Positions 21,750-32,545 of a stretch of 64,000 bases of DNA are shown here, piece after piece. How positions within the stretch are numbered: position 1 is the stretch's first letter; each line of letters starts with the position of its first letter. Location: assembly GCA_963733095.1 (NCBI GenBank), contig CAVTBV010000013.1:352001-416000 (forward strand), in the 5' to 3' direction. Both the position numbers and the translations under genes were made by a program. Origin of the DNA: Candidatus Bathyarchaeota archaeon. Lineage in GTDB: Archaea > Thermoproteota > Bathyarchaeia > Bathyarchaeales > Bathycorpusculaceae. The notes under the pieces are model-generated. The model saw only the letters and a program-made list of their open reading frames with translations. It ran no database searches and was not told the origin of the DNA.

Positions 21750-22823
21750 ATGGAAGATATTGTAGAAATTGCAGTTGCGGCTGGAGGTTTTAAAACATTT
21801 ATCAAGGCAGTTCAAGCCGCAGGATTAGCCGAAACCCTAAAAGGTCCAGGGCCATTCACAATCTTTGCACCAGATGACCGCGCTTTTTCATTGCTTCCCC
21901 CAGGTTCAACAGATGAGCTAATGAAGAATATTCCAAAGCTCAAGGCGGTTCTGATGTACCATGTTGTTGCGGGCAAGTTTACAATTGACGAAATAGGACA
22001 AATGAAATCTGCCAAAACTATACAAGGGCAAGAAATTCAGATTGATGGAAGCAAATGGCATTTTCATATGAACCCAGTAATCAACAACGATGCACACATC
22101 GTTAACACTGACGTTGTTACAGACAACGGAATCGTTCAAGTTGTGGACAGAGTGCTTATGCCAAATATGGCGCTGACTTGTCCTGTTTGCGGAATGGGGT
22201 TCATGACCACGCAAGCATTGGATGAACACACCAAGATGGCTCACGTAGTTGAGAAACCAAAAGAAGCATCGATGCCTGCTGAAGTTATGCCAGTAGTTGA
22301 AAAAGTCGCAGAGCCGATGCCAAGCACTGAGGTCATGCCATTAGTTGAAGAGAAGCCTGAAGAATTGCCATCCACCGAAGCGATAACCGAGTCGATGCCG
22401 ACTATTGCAAAAGTGACAGGGATTTTTGAGGTTTTTTACGATGCTGCTTGTCGATTCCGTTTCCACTTGAAAGCAGGTAACGGACAGATAATCGCTGCAA
22501 GCCAGTCTTATGGAGCAAAAGAGTCTGCACTAAAGGGAATTGCTTCAATAAAAAAGATCGCACCCATAGCCAAGGTCGCTGATTTAGCAACGGCACAGAA
22601 CACCGAGGAGTCTGCACACCAAGGAGTAGTCCAAGACCCTGTTTTTGAAATTCACTGCGATGCTGCTGGAAAATTCCGTTTCCACCTAAAGGCTGGCAAT
22701 GGACAGATAATCGCTTTAAGCCAATCCTACCTATCAAGACAATCTGCTGAAAACGGCATAGAATCCATAAAGAAGAATGCTCCAACAGCCAAGATCATCG
22801 ATCAAACCACTGCAATGACATAA
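21750..22823 (+). CDS. Fasciclin (FAS1) + C2H2 zinc finger + tandem YegP/DUF1508 fusion protein
   Basis: GPFTIFAPDDRAF and NGIVQVVDRVL (FAS1); CPVC..H....H; two FRFHLKAGNGQIIA.SQSY repeats. Confidence 0.8.
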   Translation: MEDIVEIAVAAGGFKTFIKAVQAAGLAETLKGPGPFTIFAPDDRAFSLLPPGSTDELMKNIPKLKAVLMYHVVAGKFTIDEIGQMKSAKTIQGQEIQIDGSKWHFHMNPVINNDAHIVNTDVVTDNGIVQVVDRVLMPNMALTCPVCGMGFMTTQALDEHTKMAHVVEKPKEASMPAEVMPVVEKVAEPMPSTEVMPLVEEKPEELPSTEAITESMPTIAKVTGIFEVFYDAACRFRFHLKAGNGQIIAASQSYGAKESALKGIASIKKIAPIAKVADLATAQNTEESAHQGVVQDPVFEIHCDAAGKFRFHLKAGNGQIIALSQSYLSRQSAENGIESIKKNAPTAKIIDQTTAMT

Positions 22824-22978
22824 AATCCTTAATTTTCCCTTATTTTTTTTAGTCATCACCCGAGAGGAGACTAATCATTCTAATTTTATGTTTCCCAAAC
22901 AAAAATGCGTCTGATTTATTAAAGCTAAGCTGAATTTTATGCTTTTAATCAAGCGGTAACTAAGATAGAGGGGGAAAC

Positions 22979-23154
22979 ATGGATAAAAAACATATAACCG
23001 TCGCCGAAGCAGGAAGACTCGGCGGAAGAAAAACCGCGTCAACCCATGGGCGCGAGTTCTACGAAGAAATTGGTCGCAAAGGTGGCGAAAAAGTTTCCGA
23101 AGAATATGGTCTGAGTTCTACAGAGAAATCGGCAGTAAAGGTGGCAAAGTGTGA
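22979..23154 (+). pseudogene. KGG-repeat (GsiB/Em-like) general stress protein, apparently frameshifted
   Basis: TVAEAGRLGG, HGREFYEEIGRKGG; the second repeat EFYREIGSKGGKV* is in another frame after ~23111. Confidence 0.65.
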
Positions 23155-23278
23155 GTGTTAAGCAGCATGAAGGTTCTAAAGAAGCCCGAGGCAAAGTTAG
23201 CTTAGAAGATGTTAAAGGAAATCTGAGAGGAAAAAAATTAAGTATAAAAAAGAAAAAAGTATGAATTGTAGCCTGGGG

Positions 23279-25189
23279 CTACTTTACTTTGTAGTCTTCT
23301 GAGTCGACTACGTGTTCGCCTTCAGGGCCAGCTTGTGTTTCACCGGTCGGTGGCATCTCTGGTCCTGCACCAGGCTGTGGACCTTCTTGCGGACCACCCG
23401 GCTGCTGTTTTGCTGCTTCGGCTGCTGCCTGCTGGTACACTTTAGTTCCGACTTCTTGAAGAACCTTCTGAAGAGCGTCAGATTTAGCTTTGACTTGGGT
23501 CATGTCGTTGCTGGCTAAGGCGTTTTTGAGGTCAGTTACAGCCGCGTCTAGTTTGGCGACTTCTTCAGCGCTGATTTTGCCCGCCAAGTCTGACTTGGTT
23601 CTTTCTGCTGTGTATACTAGGCTGTCGGCGTTGTTGCGGGTTTCGGCTTCTTCTTTCTTCTTGCGGTCTTGCTCGGCATATTGTTCTGCGTCTTTGATTA
23701 GGCGTTCTTTTTCTTCTGGACTGAGTTTGGTTGAGGCTGTTATACGGATTTTGTTTTCTTTGCCTGTTGCGCGGTCTTTAGCTGTTACGTTTAGGATGCC
23801 GTTTGCGTCTATGTCGAAGGTTACTTCGATCTGGGGAACTCCTCGTGGTGCTGGGGGCAAGTCGACGAGGTTGAATTCGCCCAGTGAGACGTTGTCGGAT
23901 GCCATAGCGCGTTCGCCCTGTAGCACGTGGATTGTGACTGCGGTTTGGAAGTCTGCCGCTGTAGTGAAGACTTGGCTGCGTTTAGTGGGGATGGTGGTGT
24001 TTTTCTCCATGACTTTAGTGAAGACTCCGCCCATAGTCTCCAAGCCAAGGGTAAGCGGGGTAACGTCTAAGAGCAGCAGGTCAGTGACTTCGCCCGAAAC
24101 AACTCCTCCTTGGATGGCTGCGCCGATGGCGACGCTTTCCATGGGATCAATTCCGCGTTCTGGTGCTTTACCCAGGATTTGCTCGACGAAGCGTTGTACA
24201 AGGGGCATTCGGGTCATCCCGCCGATGAGGATGATTTTGTCGATTCCCTGTGGGGTGAGTTTTGCGTCTTCGAGGGCTTTTAGGAGGGTCGGTCTTGTGC
24301 GTTCAACGATTGGTTGGGCTAAAGATTCAAGTTTTGTTCGGGTTAGAGTCATTTTGAGGTGTTTGGGTCCTGAAGCATCCGCTGTCAAGAATGGCAGGTC
24401 AATGTCGGTGCTCATAAGAGTGGATAGCTCGATTTTGGCTTTTTCCGCGGCTTCTTTTAGCCGAGACATCGCCATCCTGTCGCCTGACACGTCGACGCCT
24501 GTTTGACGCTTGAACTCGCCAAGGATGTAGTCCATGACTGCTTTGTCAACGTCTGTTCCGCCCAGCTGGGTGTCGCCGCTTGTGCTAAGCACTTGGAAGA
24601 CTCCTTTGCCGAAGTCCATGGCGGTTACGTCGTGGGTGCCTCCTCCGAAGCTGAACACGAGAATTTTCATTTCTTGCTGGAGCTTGTCGATGCCATAGGC
24701 GAGGCATGCAGCGGTAGGTTCGTTGATGATACGCATGACTTGGAACCCTGCGATTTCGCCCGCGTCTTTAGTTGCCTGTCGTTGGTTGTCGTTGAAGTGA
24801 GCTGGCACTGTGATGACAGCTTTGCTGATTGTGCCACCGAGGTAGGTTTCTGCGTCTTTCTTTATCTTCTGTAGGATGAACGCTGAGATCTGCTGGGGTG
24901 TGTATTCTTTGCCGTGGATGTTGACTTTGTAGTCGGTACCCATTTTGCGTTTTATTTCAAAGATGGTTCCTTCTGAGTTCGTAGTTGCTTGGCGTTTTGC
25001 CGATTCACCTACCAAGAGTTGACCGTCTTTTGTGAAGGCAACAACTGACGGAAACATTTTTCCCGCCATGGTGGGGCCTTCTGCGCTTGGAATAACCGTC
25101 GCGTGTCCGCCTTCATAGATGGCGGCTGCTGAATTAGTTGTTCCCAAATCGATACCTAACACTTTTTCGTTTGTTTTTGGATTACTCAT
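23279..25189 (-). CDS. dnaK: Chaperone DnaK (Hsp70)
   Basis: [47 protein letters not shown]. Confidence 0.97.
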   Translation of the reverse strand: MSNPKTNEKVLGIDLGTTNSAAAIYEGGHATVIPSAEGPTMAGKMFPSVVAFTKDGQLLVGESAKRQATTNSEGTIFEIKRKMGTDYKVNIHGKEYTPQQISAFILQKIKKDAETYLGGTISKAVITVPAHFNDNQRQATKDAGEIAGFQVMRIINEPTAACLAYGIDKLQQEMKILVFSFGGGTHDVTAMDFGKGVFQVLSTSGDTQLGGTDVDKAVMDYILGEFKRQTGVDVSGDRMAMSRLKEAAEKAKIELSTLMSTDIDLPFLTADASGPKHLKMTLTRTKLESLAQPIVERTRPTLLKALEDAKLTPQGIDKIILIGGMTRMPLVQRFVEQILGKAPERGIDPMESVAIGAAIQGGVVSGEVTDLLLLDVTPLTLGLETMGGVFTKVMEKNTTIPTKRSQVFTTAADFQTAVTIHVLQGERAMASDNVSLGEFNLVDLPPAPRGVPQIEVTFDIDANGILNVTAKDRATGKENKIRITASTKLSPEEKERLIKDAEQYAEQDRKKKEEAETRNNADSLVYTAERTKSDLAGKISAEEVAKLDAAVTDLKNALASNDMTQVKAKSDALQKVLQEVGTKVYQQAAAEAAKQQPGGPQEGPQPGAGPEMPPTGETQAGPEGEHVVDSEDYKVK

Positions 25190-25728
25190 TTATTTTTTTC
25201 CTCCGTTTGGTTACTTTGATTTTCTTTTTTTGTTGACTTTACAGCTACCTTAACGATTGTGGGCCGAATAACTTTGCCACGCATCAGGTAGCCTTTTCTT
25301 ATTTCTTCAAGCACCGTGCATGGTGCAACATCGTCTTTTTCCTCGGTAAAGACGGCGTGGTGGCGTGCTGGATCAAAAGCTTTGCCTTCAGGGCTCTCTA
25401 TTGGTGTTACGCCTTCTTGCTCAAGAACCTTTCTGAGCTTCTTTAGAGTCATTTCGACGCCTTCAATTAGGGATTCGGGTGAAGTAGAGATTTCTCCGTT
25501 CTTAACCGCCAACTCCAACTCATCGACTACATCCAACAGTTGGATGACTAAGCGTTCGGTGCCGTAGTTCTTGATTTGCTCTGATTCCCTTTCGTAGCGT
25601 TTCTTTAGGTTTTCGAAATCAGCCTGCAGATATTTTAGCCGTGTCAGGTAATCTTCGGAGCGCTTCTTTTCAGATTCCAAAAGCTCCTCAAAATTAACTG
25701 GCTGAGGCTCTTGTTGCTCATCAACCAT
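25186..25728 (-). CDS. grpE: Nucleotide exchange factor GrpE
   Basis: [31 protein letters not shown]; overlaps dnaK start. Confidence 0.93.
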   Translation of the reverse strand: MVDEQQEPQPVNFEELLESEKKRSEDYLTRLKYLQADFENLKKRYERESEQIKNYGTERLVIQLLDVVDELELAVKNGEISTSPESLIEGVEMTLKKLRKVLEQEGVTPIESPEGKAFDPARHHAVFTEEKDDVAPCTVLEEIRKGYLMRGKVIRPTIVKVAVKSTKKENQSNQTEEKNK

Positions 25729-25802
25729 TAGCTTATCCCTCTTTTGTTAAACCAGAGCAAACTAATAAAGGCGATAAAAAAATATTTCGTAGCAGGCACT
25801 TC

Positions 25803-26207
25803 CTACGTGATGTATTCTTGGTTTTTTGCATTTGTTGGGCTGGGTTTTTGAGGGGGGAGTGCGGGTGTGTCTTTTTGTCTGATTTGTTCGCCTGCGGTTT
25901 TGTTGTATTGTTCGATCAATTTTCTTATGACGATTTCAGCGAATTGGTCTCCGACTGATTCTTCTTTGAGTTCAGAGCTGAAGGCGTGTTTTTTGAAGAC
26001 TTCGAAGATTTCGTTTTTGGTCATGGTGATGTTTGGGTTGTTGCTGTTGCTTAGTGCGGTGGACATTACTTTGTGTCCGAGTTCTATGAAGATGTTGACC
26101 AGGGTGGTGTAGTCGATATCGAATGGTTCGTCTCCTGTTAGGAATAGGCCTTTGGTAAGTAGGATTTTTTTGTCGTTTTCGGGGGTTACTGTTAAGCTTC
26201 TGCGCAT
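25803..26207 (-). CDS. Hypothetical protein, possible RHH-like regulator upstream of grpE
   Basis: ATG 26207 preceded by GGTGA; N-terminus RRSLTVTPENDKKI...DYTTLVNIFIELG. Confidence 0.6.
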   Translation of the reverse strand: MRRSLTVTPENDKKILLTKGLFLTGDEPFDIDYTTLVNIFIELGHKVMSTALSNSNNPNITMTKNEIFEVFKKHAFSSELKEESVGDQFAEIVIRKLIEQYNKTAGEQIRQKDTPALPPQKPSPTNAKNQEYIT

Positions 26208-26381
26208 ATGTTCACCAGCGTAAACGTGCTTTTGCACGCTTCACCTTAAGCACACCTGTGCGTGCTCGCTTATATATTTTCTGGCAAAAAATTGACAGTA
26301 AAACATGTACAAAAGAGGAAGAAAAAGCGAGATATAAAGTTGGCTTCAAAGCAAACCGTCGCTTAAGTCCCCATTCTACCG

Positions 26382-26735
26382 CTACGATGTTTGATTAGAA
26401 GAGGGAATTGAGGTTGCATTTTCAATAATGGTCATTTTGTTGTTAAAATCTATGCGACCATCAAAAACATAACTTTGATTCTCCAAGATGTGCTGGTAAA
26501 GAGAGGGGTTGTTGAGTATGTAGAGGACTTGGTTGTCAGAGAGGCTAATAGTGTAGTTCGCGGGGTGGTTATCTGAAACGGGCGCCTTTGAAACCACAAG
26601 TCCCCTTGTTACTTCAGGGATATTTGCGTTGCTTATAGCATCTTGCAAAAAGTAGATGGTGCCACCTAAAACTGCCAGAGAAATCAGTATGGTTACAATA
26701 ACAACGATTTTGAATTCATCCATACTTAATTGCAT
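26382..26735 (-). CDS. Hypothetical membrane-anchored protein
   Basis: N-terminal TM helix followed by a beta-rich domain. Confidence 0.6.
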   Translation of the reverse strand: MQLSMDEFKIVVIVTILISLAVLGGTIYFLQDAISNANIPEVTRGLVVSKAPVSDNHPANYTISLSDNQVLYILNNPSLYQHILENQSYVFDGRIDFNNKMTIIENATSIPSSNQTS

Positions 26736-26829
26736 CAGTGTCTAAACGGTAAACTCTTGTTCAGTATATAAAAATTGGTGCTAAACCTGAATTTTTAAGA
26801 AAAATTAACCCAAGAAGGTCTTAAAAATG

Positions 26830-29637
26830 TTAGTGGGTGACTTGTTTTTTGACTCCTTCTTCAGCCGCCTGTACCGCTTCCGCTAGTTTGTCTGGTTTTG
26901 TTCCGCCGCCCTGTGCAAAGTTAGGTCTTCCGCCACCTCCGCCGCCAAAAATCGGCGCCGCCTCCTTAACAATGATCCCTGCGTTGACACCCTTCTGCAC
27001 CGCGATATCTCCAGCCATAAGCATTATCCTGCAGGTTTTGCCATCTGAACCATAGAATAACGTGACGGTCGCCTCATTTTTCTTTATGATTTCGCTTCCG
27101 GTTCGCAGCATGCGGTCTGCATCGATTATTTCGCCGAAGTCCCGCTTAACAATCACTACTCCATCAACTTCCGTTGTTGCTTCACAGGTCTGAGACTGCC
27201 CAACCGCGCTTTCCTTCTCGGCTAATTCCTTGATTAGCTTGCGTTTTTCGACGTTAGCTTCTTTGAGTTCCTTAACTACTTTTTCGGCGGTCTTGTCGAG
27301 TTTGTCGATGGGTGATTTTAGGGCTTCGGAGACTTTCAAGAGCAGGCTCTCCTGGTCCTGCACTGCCTTTAAGGCCTTTAGTCCAACTGCATAGCCAAGA
27401 CGCTCAATGCCATCTTGCACGCGTTCAGTGTAAACTATTTTAACAAAACCTACCTCACCCGTGTGGTCAAGATGTGTACCCGCACATGCTTCAACATCCC
27501 AATCGCCCGTCCTGACGACACGGATATCTTTGCCGGGAACTGCTCCACCCTGATAGAGCCTAAAGCCGTAGCGGGTTTCTGCTTCGTTGCGTGGGAGCCA
27601 GGTGGTTTCTATTTTCATGTTGGCGGCGATAGCTTGATTTGCGAGGGTTTCAATTTTGTAGATTTCTTCTTGGGTTAGTCTTCGGTAGTGTGTGATGTCG
27701 AGGCGTGAGGTTTCCAAGCCTTTTTGCGTGCCCGATTGCCAAATGTGCTCGCCTAAAACGCGTCTTGCGGCTCCGTTGATGAGGTGGGTGACTGTGTGGG
27801 CTTTCATGAGCGAGTAGCGTCTTTCCCAATCAATTGTTCCATGCACTGTACTGCCTTCCGTGAAAGTTGCTGGGGACTTGAGTTTGTGCATGATAACTTT
27901 GCCGATTTTCTGTACGTCAATCACGTCGAACTTTGCGTCGCCGCTTGTTAGCCAGCCTTGATCAGTTGGTTGTCCTCCGCCTTCAGGGTACAAGCAGGTT
28001 TTGTCCAGCACCACGTAGGTGCCGTTGATGATTTTGAGGACTTCAGCATCGAACTCTTTTTGGTAAACGTCAGAGTAATAAAGTTGCTCTGTTCCCGGCA
28101 GCTGCTCAGCGGCTTTCTGAAGTGTCTGTTCAGCTTGTGCCTCTTCTTCCTCCACTGGCTTAGGCGCCTGCATGTGACGGTTGGCGATTAGTGCGTAAAA
28201 GTTCTCGGGTACCTCAACTTCGACGCCTTCTTTTTCGGCGGCTTGCTTTACGATTTCTGGTGGGAGTCCATGTGAATCGTAGAGTTCTGTGAGTGTGTCC
28301 ATGGGTAGTTTGCCTGTGCCTTTGGTCTTAAGGTCAGCTGCGATGCGTTTAACCATGCCTTCGCCGCGTTTGAGGGTTTCCACGAACTTTTCTTCTTCAA
28401 CTTTAAGCATTTCGATGATTTCTTTTTGCATTTCTTTTATGCGTGGGAAATCTTTGCCCCAGTAATCCGCCTGCATGTCCAATATGTCATAGAGTTTGGC
28501 TGGGTCCATGTTTAAGGAGCGCATTAAGCGATAAACTCGTCGGAACAGCAGTCTTGCTAGATAGCCTTCTTGGATGTTTGATGGCACGACGCCTTCGCTT
28601 AGCATGAAGCTTAGGGTTTTGGTGTGGTCGGTGACTGCCCACGCGTTCTCAATTGGGATGAGGACTTTGTCGAGGGTTTGCATGTCGATGCCCGTTAACT
28701 CGGAAACGCGTTTGCGGGCAACGAGGCGGTTTGCACGTTTGTCAACGCTGACCAAACCTGAATACTTGGCTACCCGTGTCAAGAAATCGTTGTCAACGTT
28801 AGTTATTCCAGCCATCCCCATGACTTTGTCGAGCATGTCGCCATAGATTGCTTGAAATAGGCTTGGAACGCCCTGGCTTATCCATGTGAAACGGTCAATA
28901 CCATAACCAGTATCCACCGTGCGAATGGGTAACTCAACGAAGTCGTCGCCCACAACCTTGTACTGCATAAACACTAGTGTGCCGACTTCGAGTCCGCGGC
29001 ATATGCATTCTACATCTGGACCAGCGTTTCCTCCGCCAACCCACACGCCCTCCTTGTAGATGACTTCCTCCGACTTTATGCCAAGACATTCGGTGGCAAA
29101 TCGGTGGTGAAAGCGTACTGTGTCGTCTTTCCAGTAGATTTCCTTGTTTGGGTAGTTAAAGGCGTGTGCTCCGCCCATTTCAAAGATGGTTAAGTGCCTT
29201 CCAAAAGTGGGGCCAGTGTTGGATATGTCGGTGAGTCTGATGCAAGGCTGAGAAATGACGAGCGGGTTAGCTGGCGGCGGCGCGATTCCCTCCGTAACGT
29301 AGGGTTGAAAATCGATGATGCTTGCATGAGTTAGGTAAATGTCTTTTCTCCAACGCGCCACAACTGGGTAAGGCTTGATGCGGGTATGCCCGTTCTTTTC
29401 AAAAAATGAAAGGAATGCTTCCCGCATTTCGGAGAGGCTGAACTTTTTGCTTGTTGCGGGGTTGCCAAGGAAAGTGTAGCATCCGCACTCGTCTGAGCCT
29501 GATTCGCCGCAGGTTTCTTGGTCTGCGTTTTGAGTCCAGAAATATTCGCCGCATTTTGGGCAGTGTTTGCGTACGAATCCTTCTTGTTTGAAGAATGGAA
29601 GTTGGTATGCTTCTGGCGGGAAGGTTTTTTCAACCAT
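26830..29637 (-). CDS. alaS: Alanine--tRNA ligase
   Basis: Archaeal N-terminal Zn motif, VDTGYGIDR, YPEGGGQPTD, HTVTH and CAGTH editing motifs, GGGGGRPNFAQGGG. Confidence 0.96.
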   Translation of the reverse strand: MVEKTFPPEAYQLPFFKQEGFVRKHCPKCGEYFWTQNADQETCGESGSDECGCYTFLGNPATSKKFSLSEMREAFLSFFEKNGHTRIKPYPVVARWRKDIYLTHASIIDFQPYVTEGIAPPPANPLVISQPCIRLTDISNTGPTFGRHLTIFEMGGAHAFNYPNKEIYWKDDTVRFHHRFATECLGIKSEEVIYKEGVWVGGGNAGPDVECICRGLEVGTLVFMQYKVVGDDFVELPIRTVDTGYGIDRFTWISQGVPSLFQAIYGDMLDKVMGMAGITNVDNDFLTRVAKYSGLVSVDKRANRLVARKRVSELTGIDMQTLDKVLIPIENAWAVTDHTKTLSFMLSEGVVPSNIQEGYLARLLFRRVYRLMRSLNMDPAKLYDILDMQADYWGKDFPRIKEMQKEIIEMLKVEEEKFVETLKRGEGMVKRIAADLKTKGTGKLPMDTLTELYDSHGLPPEIVKQAAEKEGVEVEVPENFYALIANRHMQAPKPVEEEEAQAEQTLQKAAEQLPGTEQLYYSDVYQKEFDAEVLKIINGTYVVLDKTCLYPEGGGQPTDQGWLTSGDAKFDVIDVQKIGKVIMHKLKSPATFTEGSTVHGTIDWERRYSLMKAHTVTHLINGAARRVLGEHIWQSGTQKGLETSRLDITHYRRLTQEEIYKIETLANQAIAANMKIETTWLPRNEAETRYGFRLYQGGAVPGKDIRVVRTGDWDVEACAGTHLDHTGEVGFVKIVYTERVQDGIERLGYAVGLKALKAVQDQESLLLKVSEALKSPIDKLDKTAEKVVKELKEANVEKRKLIKELAEKESAVGQSQTCEATTEVDGVVIVKRDFGEIIDADRMLRTGSEIIKKNEATVTLFYGSDGKTCRIMLMAGDIAVQKGVNAGIIVKEAAPIFGGGGGGRPNFAQGGGTKPDKLAEAVQAAEEGVKKQVTH

Positions 29638-29824
29638 GAATGGTCATCTTTTCTTGTGAGTTGGTTTATTGTTGCAGGGTTTAAGGGTTTCGCGGATTTA
29701 AAGGATTTCAATGAAATTTATGGTTTATTTATCTCAAAACGGCTTAGATTATTTCCCGACAGCATCGTGCATAAAGGTTTGTTTGGTATAAAAAACCTAT
29801 TATATTTCTTATGAAAACATCGGG

Positions 29825-30145
29825 TTGATTGGCTTGAAGAGAAAAATTGTATTAATCTTATTTTTTGCTGTTGCAGTGTTAACTTTTGCTGGAATTTTAT
29901 TGGAACAAACTTATGTTGAAACACAGAACCTCTCTGTCGCCAATCCAAATAACACCGATAACCCAACAGCAAGTTCAACTCCGACTACAACAACATTCAT
30001 CTCACCCTCACCCACAAGCACAATTGCGCCCACAATGACGCCCTTGGAAAGCGTAAAGATAGCTTCAGCAAGCATAGACAACGCCACCGCCGCCTCAGTA
30101 ACTGCCAACTCACAAACTGGACAAGATATTATTTCACAAAAATAA
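29825..30145 (+). CDS. Hypothetical secreted Ser/Thr/Pro-rich protein, possibly truncated
   Basis: N-terminal TM or signal peptide, low-complexity linker, abrupt end. Confidence 0.45.
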   Translation: MIGLKRKIVLILFFAVAVLTFAGILLEQTYVETQNLSVANPNNTDNPTASSTPTTTTFISPSPTSTIAPTMTPLESVKIASASIDNATAASVTANSQTGQDIISQK

Positions 30146-30469
30146 TCTTAAAAGATGCGTTGGGAAACACGTTAGCCATTGACGAATCCATCCATCAAAC
30201 CTTGCCTGCAGATGGAACCCCCGACAAAAATCGCAATTAACTAGCATAACACTGATTTTGATATGGATGGTAACTTTAAGTTGATTATTGCAACCACTGA
30301 TGGCATTAGTTTTACTTACCCCACTTGCTACCGCTGTTCTATTAAGTAAATTTTTTTTGTATTTTGCCAAGCATGCGCTCCAAAAATCGATTTTGATCAA
30401 TCACTATTAATAATTTTTAATTTAAAGATAAAAGAAACCACAAGTTAGCAAGCGGTTTTATAGTTTCTC

Positions 30470-30838
30470 TTATGCCTGGCACACAATTACATGTCTGGGC
30501 TTCATGGTTAAGGAGGCTTTATCAACTGTGGCTAACTCGTAGACTGTTAAGTTATTTATGGCCTTTCGGGTGCAGCTATCGGCACATTGGTAGCAGAAGA
30601 GGCATTTGTCTAGTCTGAATTGGGGGCGTTTTTTCCCGTAGAAATCAACCATTTGTATGGCTCCGCTGGGGCAATCTCTGCTACAAATCCCGCAACCGAC
30701 GCATTTTTTCATGTCGAGTTCCATTTGACCTCGATAATTATCTTGTAATTGTGGTTTGTCAAAAGGGTATCCAGCTGTTGCTGGTTTGGTAAAAAAATAG
30801 GATGCTACTTTTTTATATATTGGAGATATTTTTGCCAT
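30470..30838 (-). CDS. 2x[4Fe-4S] protein, NuoI/EchF/HycF-like
   Basis: KPATAGYPF, YRG, CVGCGICSRDCP, CLFCYQCADSC; start moved to ATG 30838. Confidence 0.8.
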   Translation of the reverse strand: MAKISPIYKKVASYFFTKPATAGYPFDKPQLQDNYRGQMELDMKKCVGCGICSRDCPSGAIQMVDFYGKKRPQFRLDKCLFCYQCADSCTRKAINNLTVYELATVDKASLTMKPRHVIVCQA

Positions 30839-31118
30839 TTTTTTTTCACCCGCTCCTTTTTGGCAAAAGCAAATGGCTATTGTTATCTCTTTGTTTGTGT
30901 GGTCAGAACGCGTGCGGGAATACTTTGAGTCCTCCACAATTTGGAGGTTAATGCTCCTTATCTTGTTGAGAGTGACTTGTTTGCGAGGTTTTGCTGTTTT
31001 GCTTTTGCCTCACTATATAACAATGTTATGTGTGCTTATTATGGATTATGCCTTTCCACAAATTTAAACCCCATTTCGGGCTCGTTTCCATATAAAAACC
31101 AAAAGTTTAAACAACACA

Positions 31119-32489
31119 CTATGGAAAATGCCACATACCAATCAACCTACAGCCTGAATCTTCACGCTTTTCTTGTCCATAACGTCTAAGTGGCTTAGTT
31201 AAGTGCCGCTGGGAACGTGTCGAAGTTACATAAAGCCCAGTCTCAAGACCCCTATGAACAACGGACTCCTTCTTTTGCAAATCAGAATACTTGCCGCCGC
31301 ATTTCTCACATCGAAAGCCCTGATTTTTCCCCATCGACTTCAAACGTTTGCCGCAGTTGAGGCAGAGCGGATTTTCAAAACTTAACTGGGGTGAAAGCTT
31401 TAGGACATTAATTTTTTCCAAATTAATCGTTAACGGCTTGCTCGCAGTTGCCTTGTGCACGGCACCGTAGACTTCGATGCTATCGCTAATCACGAGTTCC
31501 CTCGCAATCTTGCGTAGGTCTCCTGTGGGCTCATAGGCAGCACAATCAACTTCGGCTGAATCGTCTTTAATGGAGAAGATGACATGACGCAGTGGAATTA
31601 TCCTTGGGTTTTTTGAGACCGTGCCCTTGACGATGACCGAGCTGTAGGCTTCAAGTTTACTTAACTTTACCATCGGTTTTAGGTGGGCATCTGTGCCTTG
31701 GTTGCTGCGGAAAATCACCCAGCGTTCCACAGGCTCCAGAGGCTTAACCAACTCGAACGCTTTCTTAACTATTTCTGGGGATTCACCTCTTATCCCAAAC
31801 AAGATTGGGTCCGGACCACGCGGCGTGATGATAACTCTGCCCTTTTCCAAATCCACATTGTTAAATGTATAAGGCGCTGTCAACTTATCCATTTCAAAAA
31901 TCGATGCTTCATAAACCTGTCTTTTTGTGCCCAAGTTTTCAGGGGTGCGGTAAGCGATTAATTCGTAGGTGTGGTCACCATCTAAAGTTTCGCCAATTGC
32001 CGCCAACGCACCAATGATGCCTCGGCAGGTGTTGAACCCGACTGCTTCAGCCCCCCACTTTTGAATGAGCACGGTTGCTTCTTTTAGGGTCACGATGGCG
32101 GTTTCGGTTTTTTTCGCAAAAGCCTTCAGCTCCTCGGGTATTTCGCTATTTTGGTAGAAGACGATGCCGGGGTCGGTGCCTTTCTCTTTGACCGCCGATT
32201 GTGCTTCCCACAGTTCCAAAGCCAACTCTTTTATTTGGGTTTCAAACTCGGCTTTATAAATGAATCGTAGGCATAGAGCGCCGTTGCCTCTGGTTTTCCA
32301 AGGCACGTTGGGGTTAAGCCTAGTCAAAGCAGGATAATCGATAAACTTCACTTTGAATCTTTCAAGAAGTTTTTCAACGAGCACCGCGGCAAGGTAAGTG
32401 GTACAGCCTCCCTTCGTTGAATCTGTATCATCTAACCCAATATGCATAGTCTGCTGTGTCAATTGCGGTTGCGCTCCAAGATAAAACAA
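31119..32489 (-). CDS. tiaS: tRNA(Ile2) 2-agmatinylcytidine synthetase
   Basis: IGLDDTDS, NPNVPWKTRGNGA, PRGPDPILFGIRG, SNQGTDAH, AAYEPTG, C-terminal Zn ribbon, RHLTKPL. Confidence 0.93.
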   Translation of the reverse strand: MFYLGAQPQLTQQTMHIGLDDTDSTKGGCTTYLAAVLVEKLLERFKVKFIDYPALTRLNPNVPWKTRGNGALCLRFIYKAEFETQIKELALELWEAQSAVKEKGTDPGIVFYQNSEIPEELKAFAKKTETAIVTLKEATVLIQKWGAEAVGFNTCRGIIGALAAIGETLDGDHTYELIAYRTPENLGTKRQVYEASIFEMDKLTAPYTFNNVDLEKGRVIITPRGPDPILFGIRGESPEIVKKAFELVKPLEPVERWVIFRSNQGTDAHLKPMVKLSKLEAYSSVIVKGTVSKNPRIIPLRHVIFSIKDDSAEVDCAAYEPTGDLRKIARELVISDSIEVYGAVHKATASKPLTINLEKINVLKLSPQLSFENPLCLNCGKRLKSMGKNQGFRCEKCGGKYSDLQKKESVVHRGLETGLYVTSTRSQRHLTKPLRRYGQEKREDSGCRLIGMWHFP

Positions 32490-32545
32490 GAAATGTGCGT
32501 GGAAGGTAAAAAATATTGTTAGCTAAAAAAAGTTTAGACTTGGGA

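Noticed and set aside
23490-24506. 338-aa plus-strand ORF
   Set aside because: Antisense shadow of dnaK, a well-known artefact; no independent motifs
30470-30838. NuoI-like gene as evidence of a hydrogenase or complex I operon
   Set aside because: Orphan; no other subunits nearby
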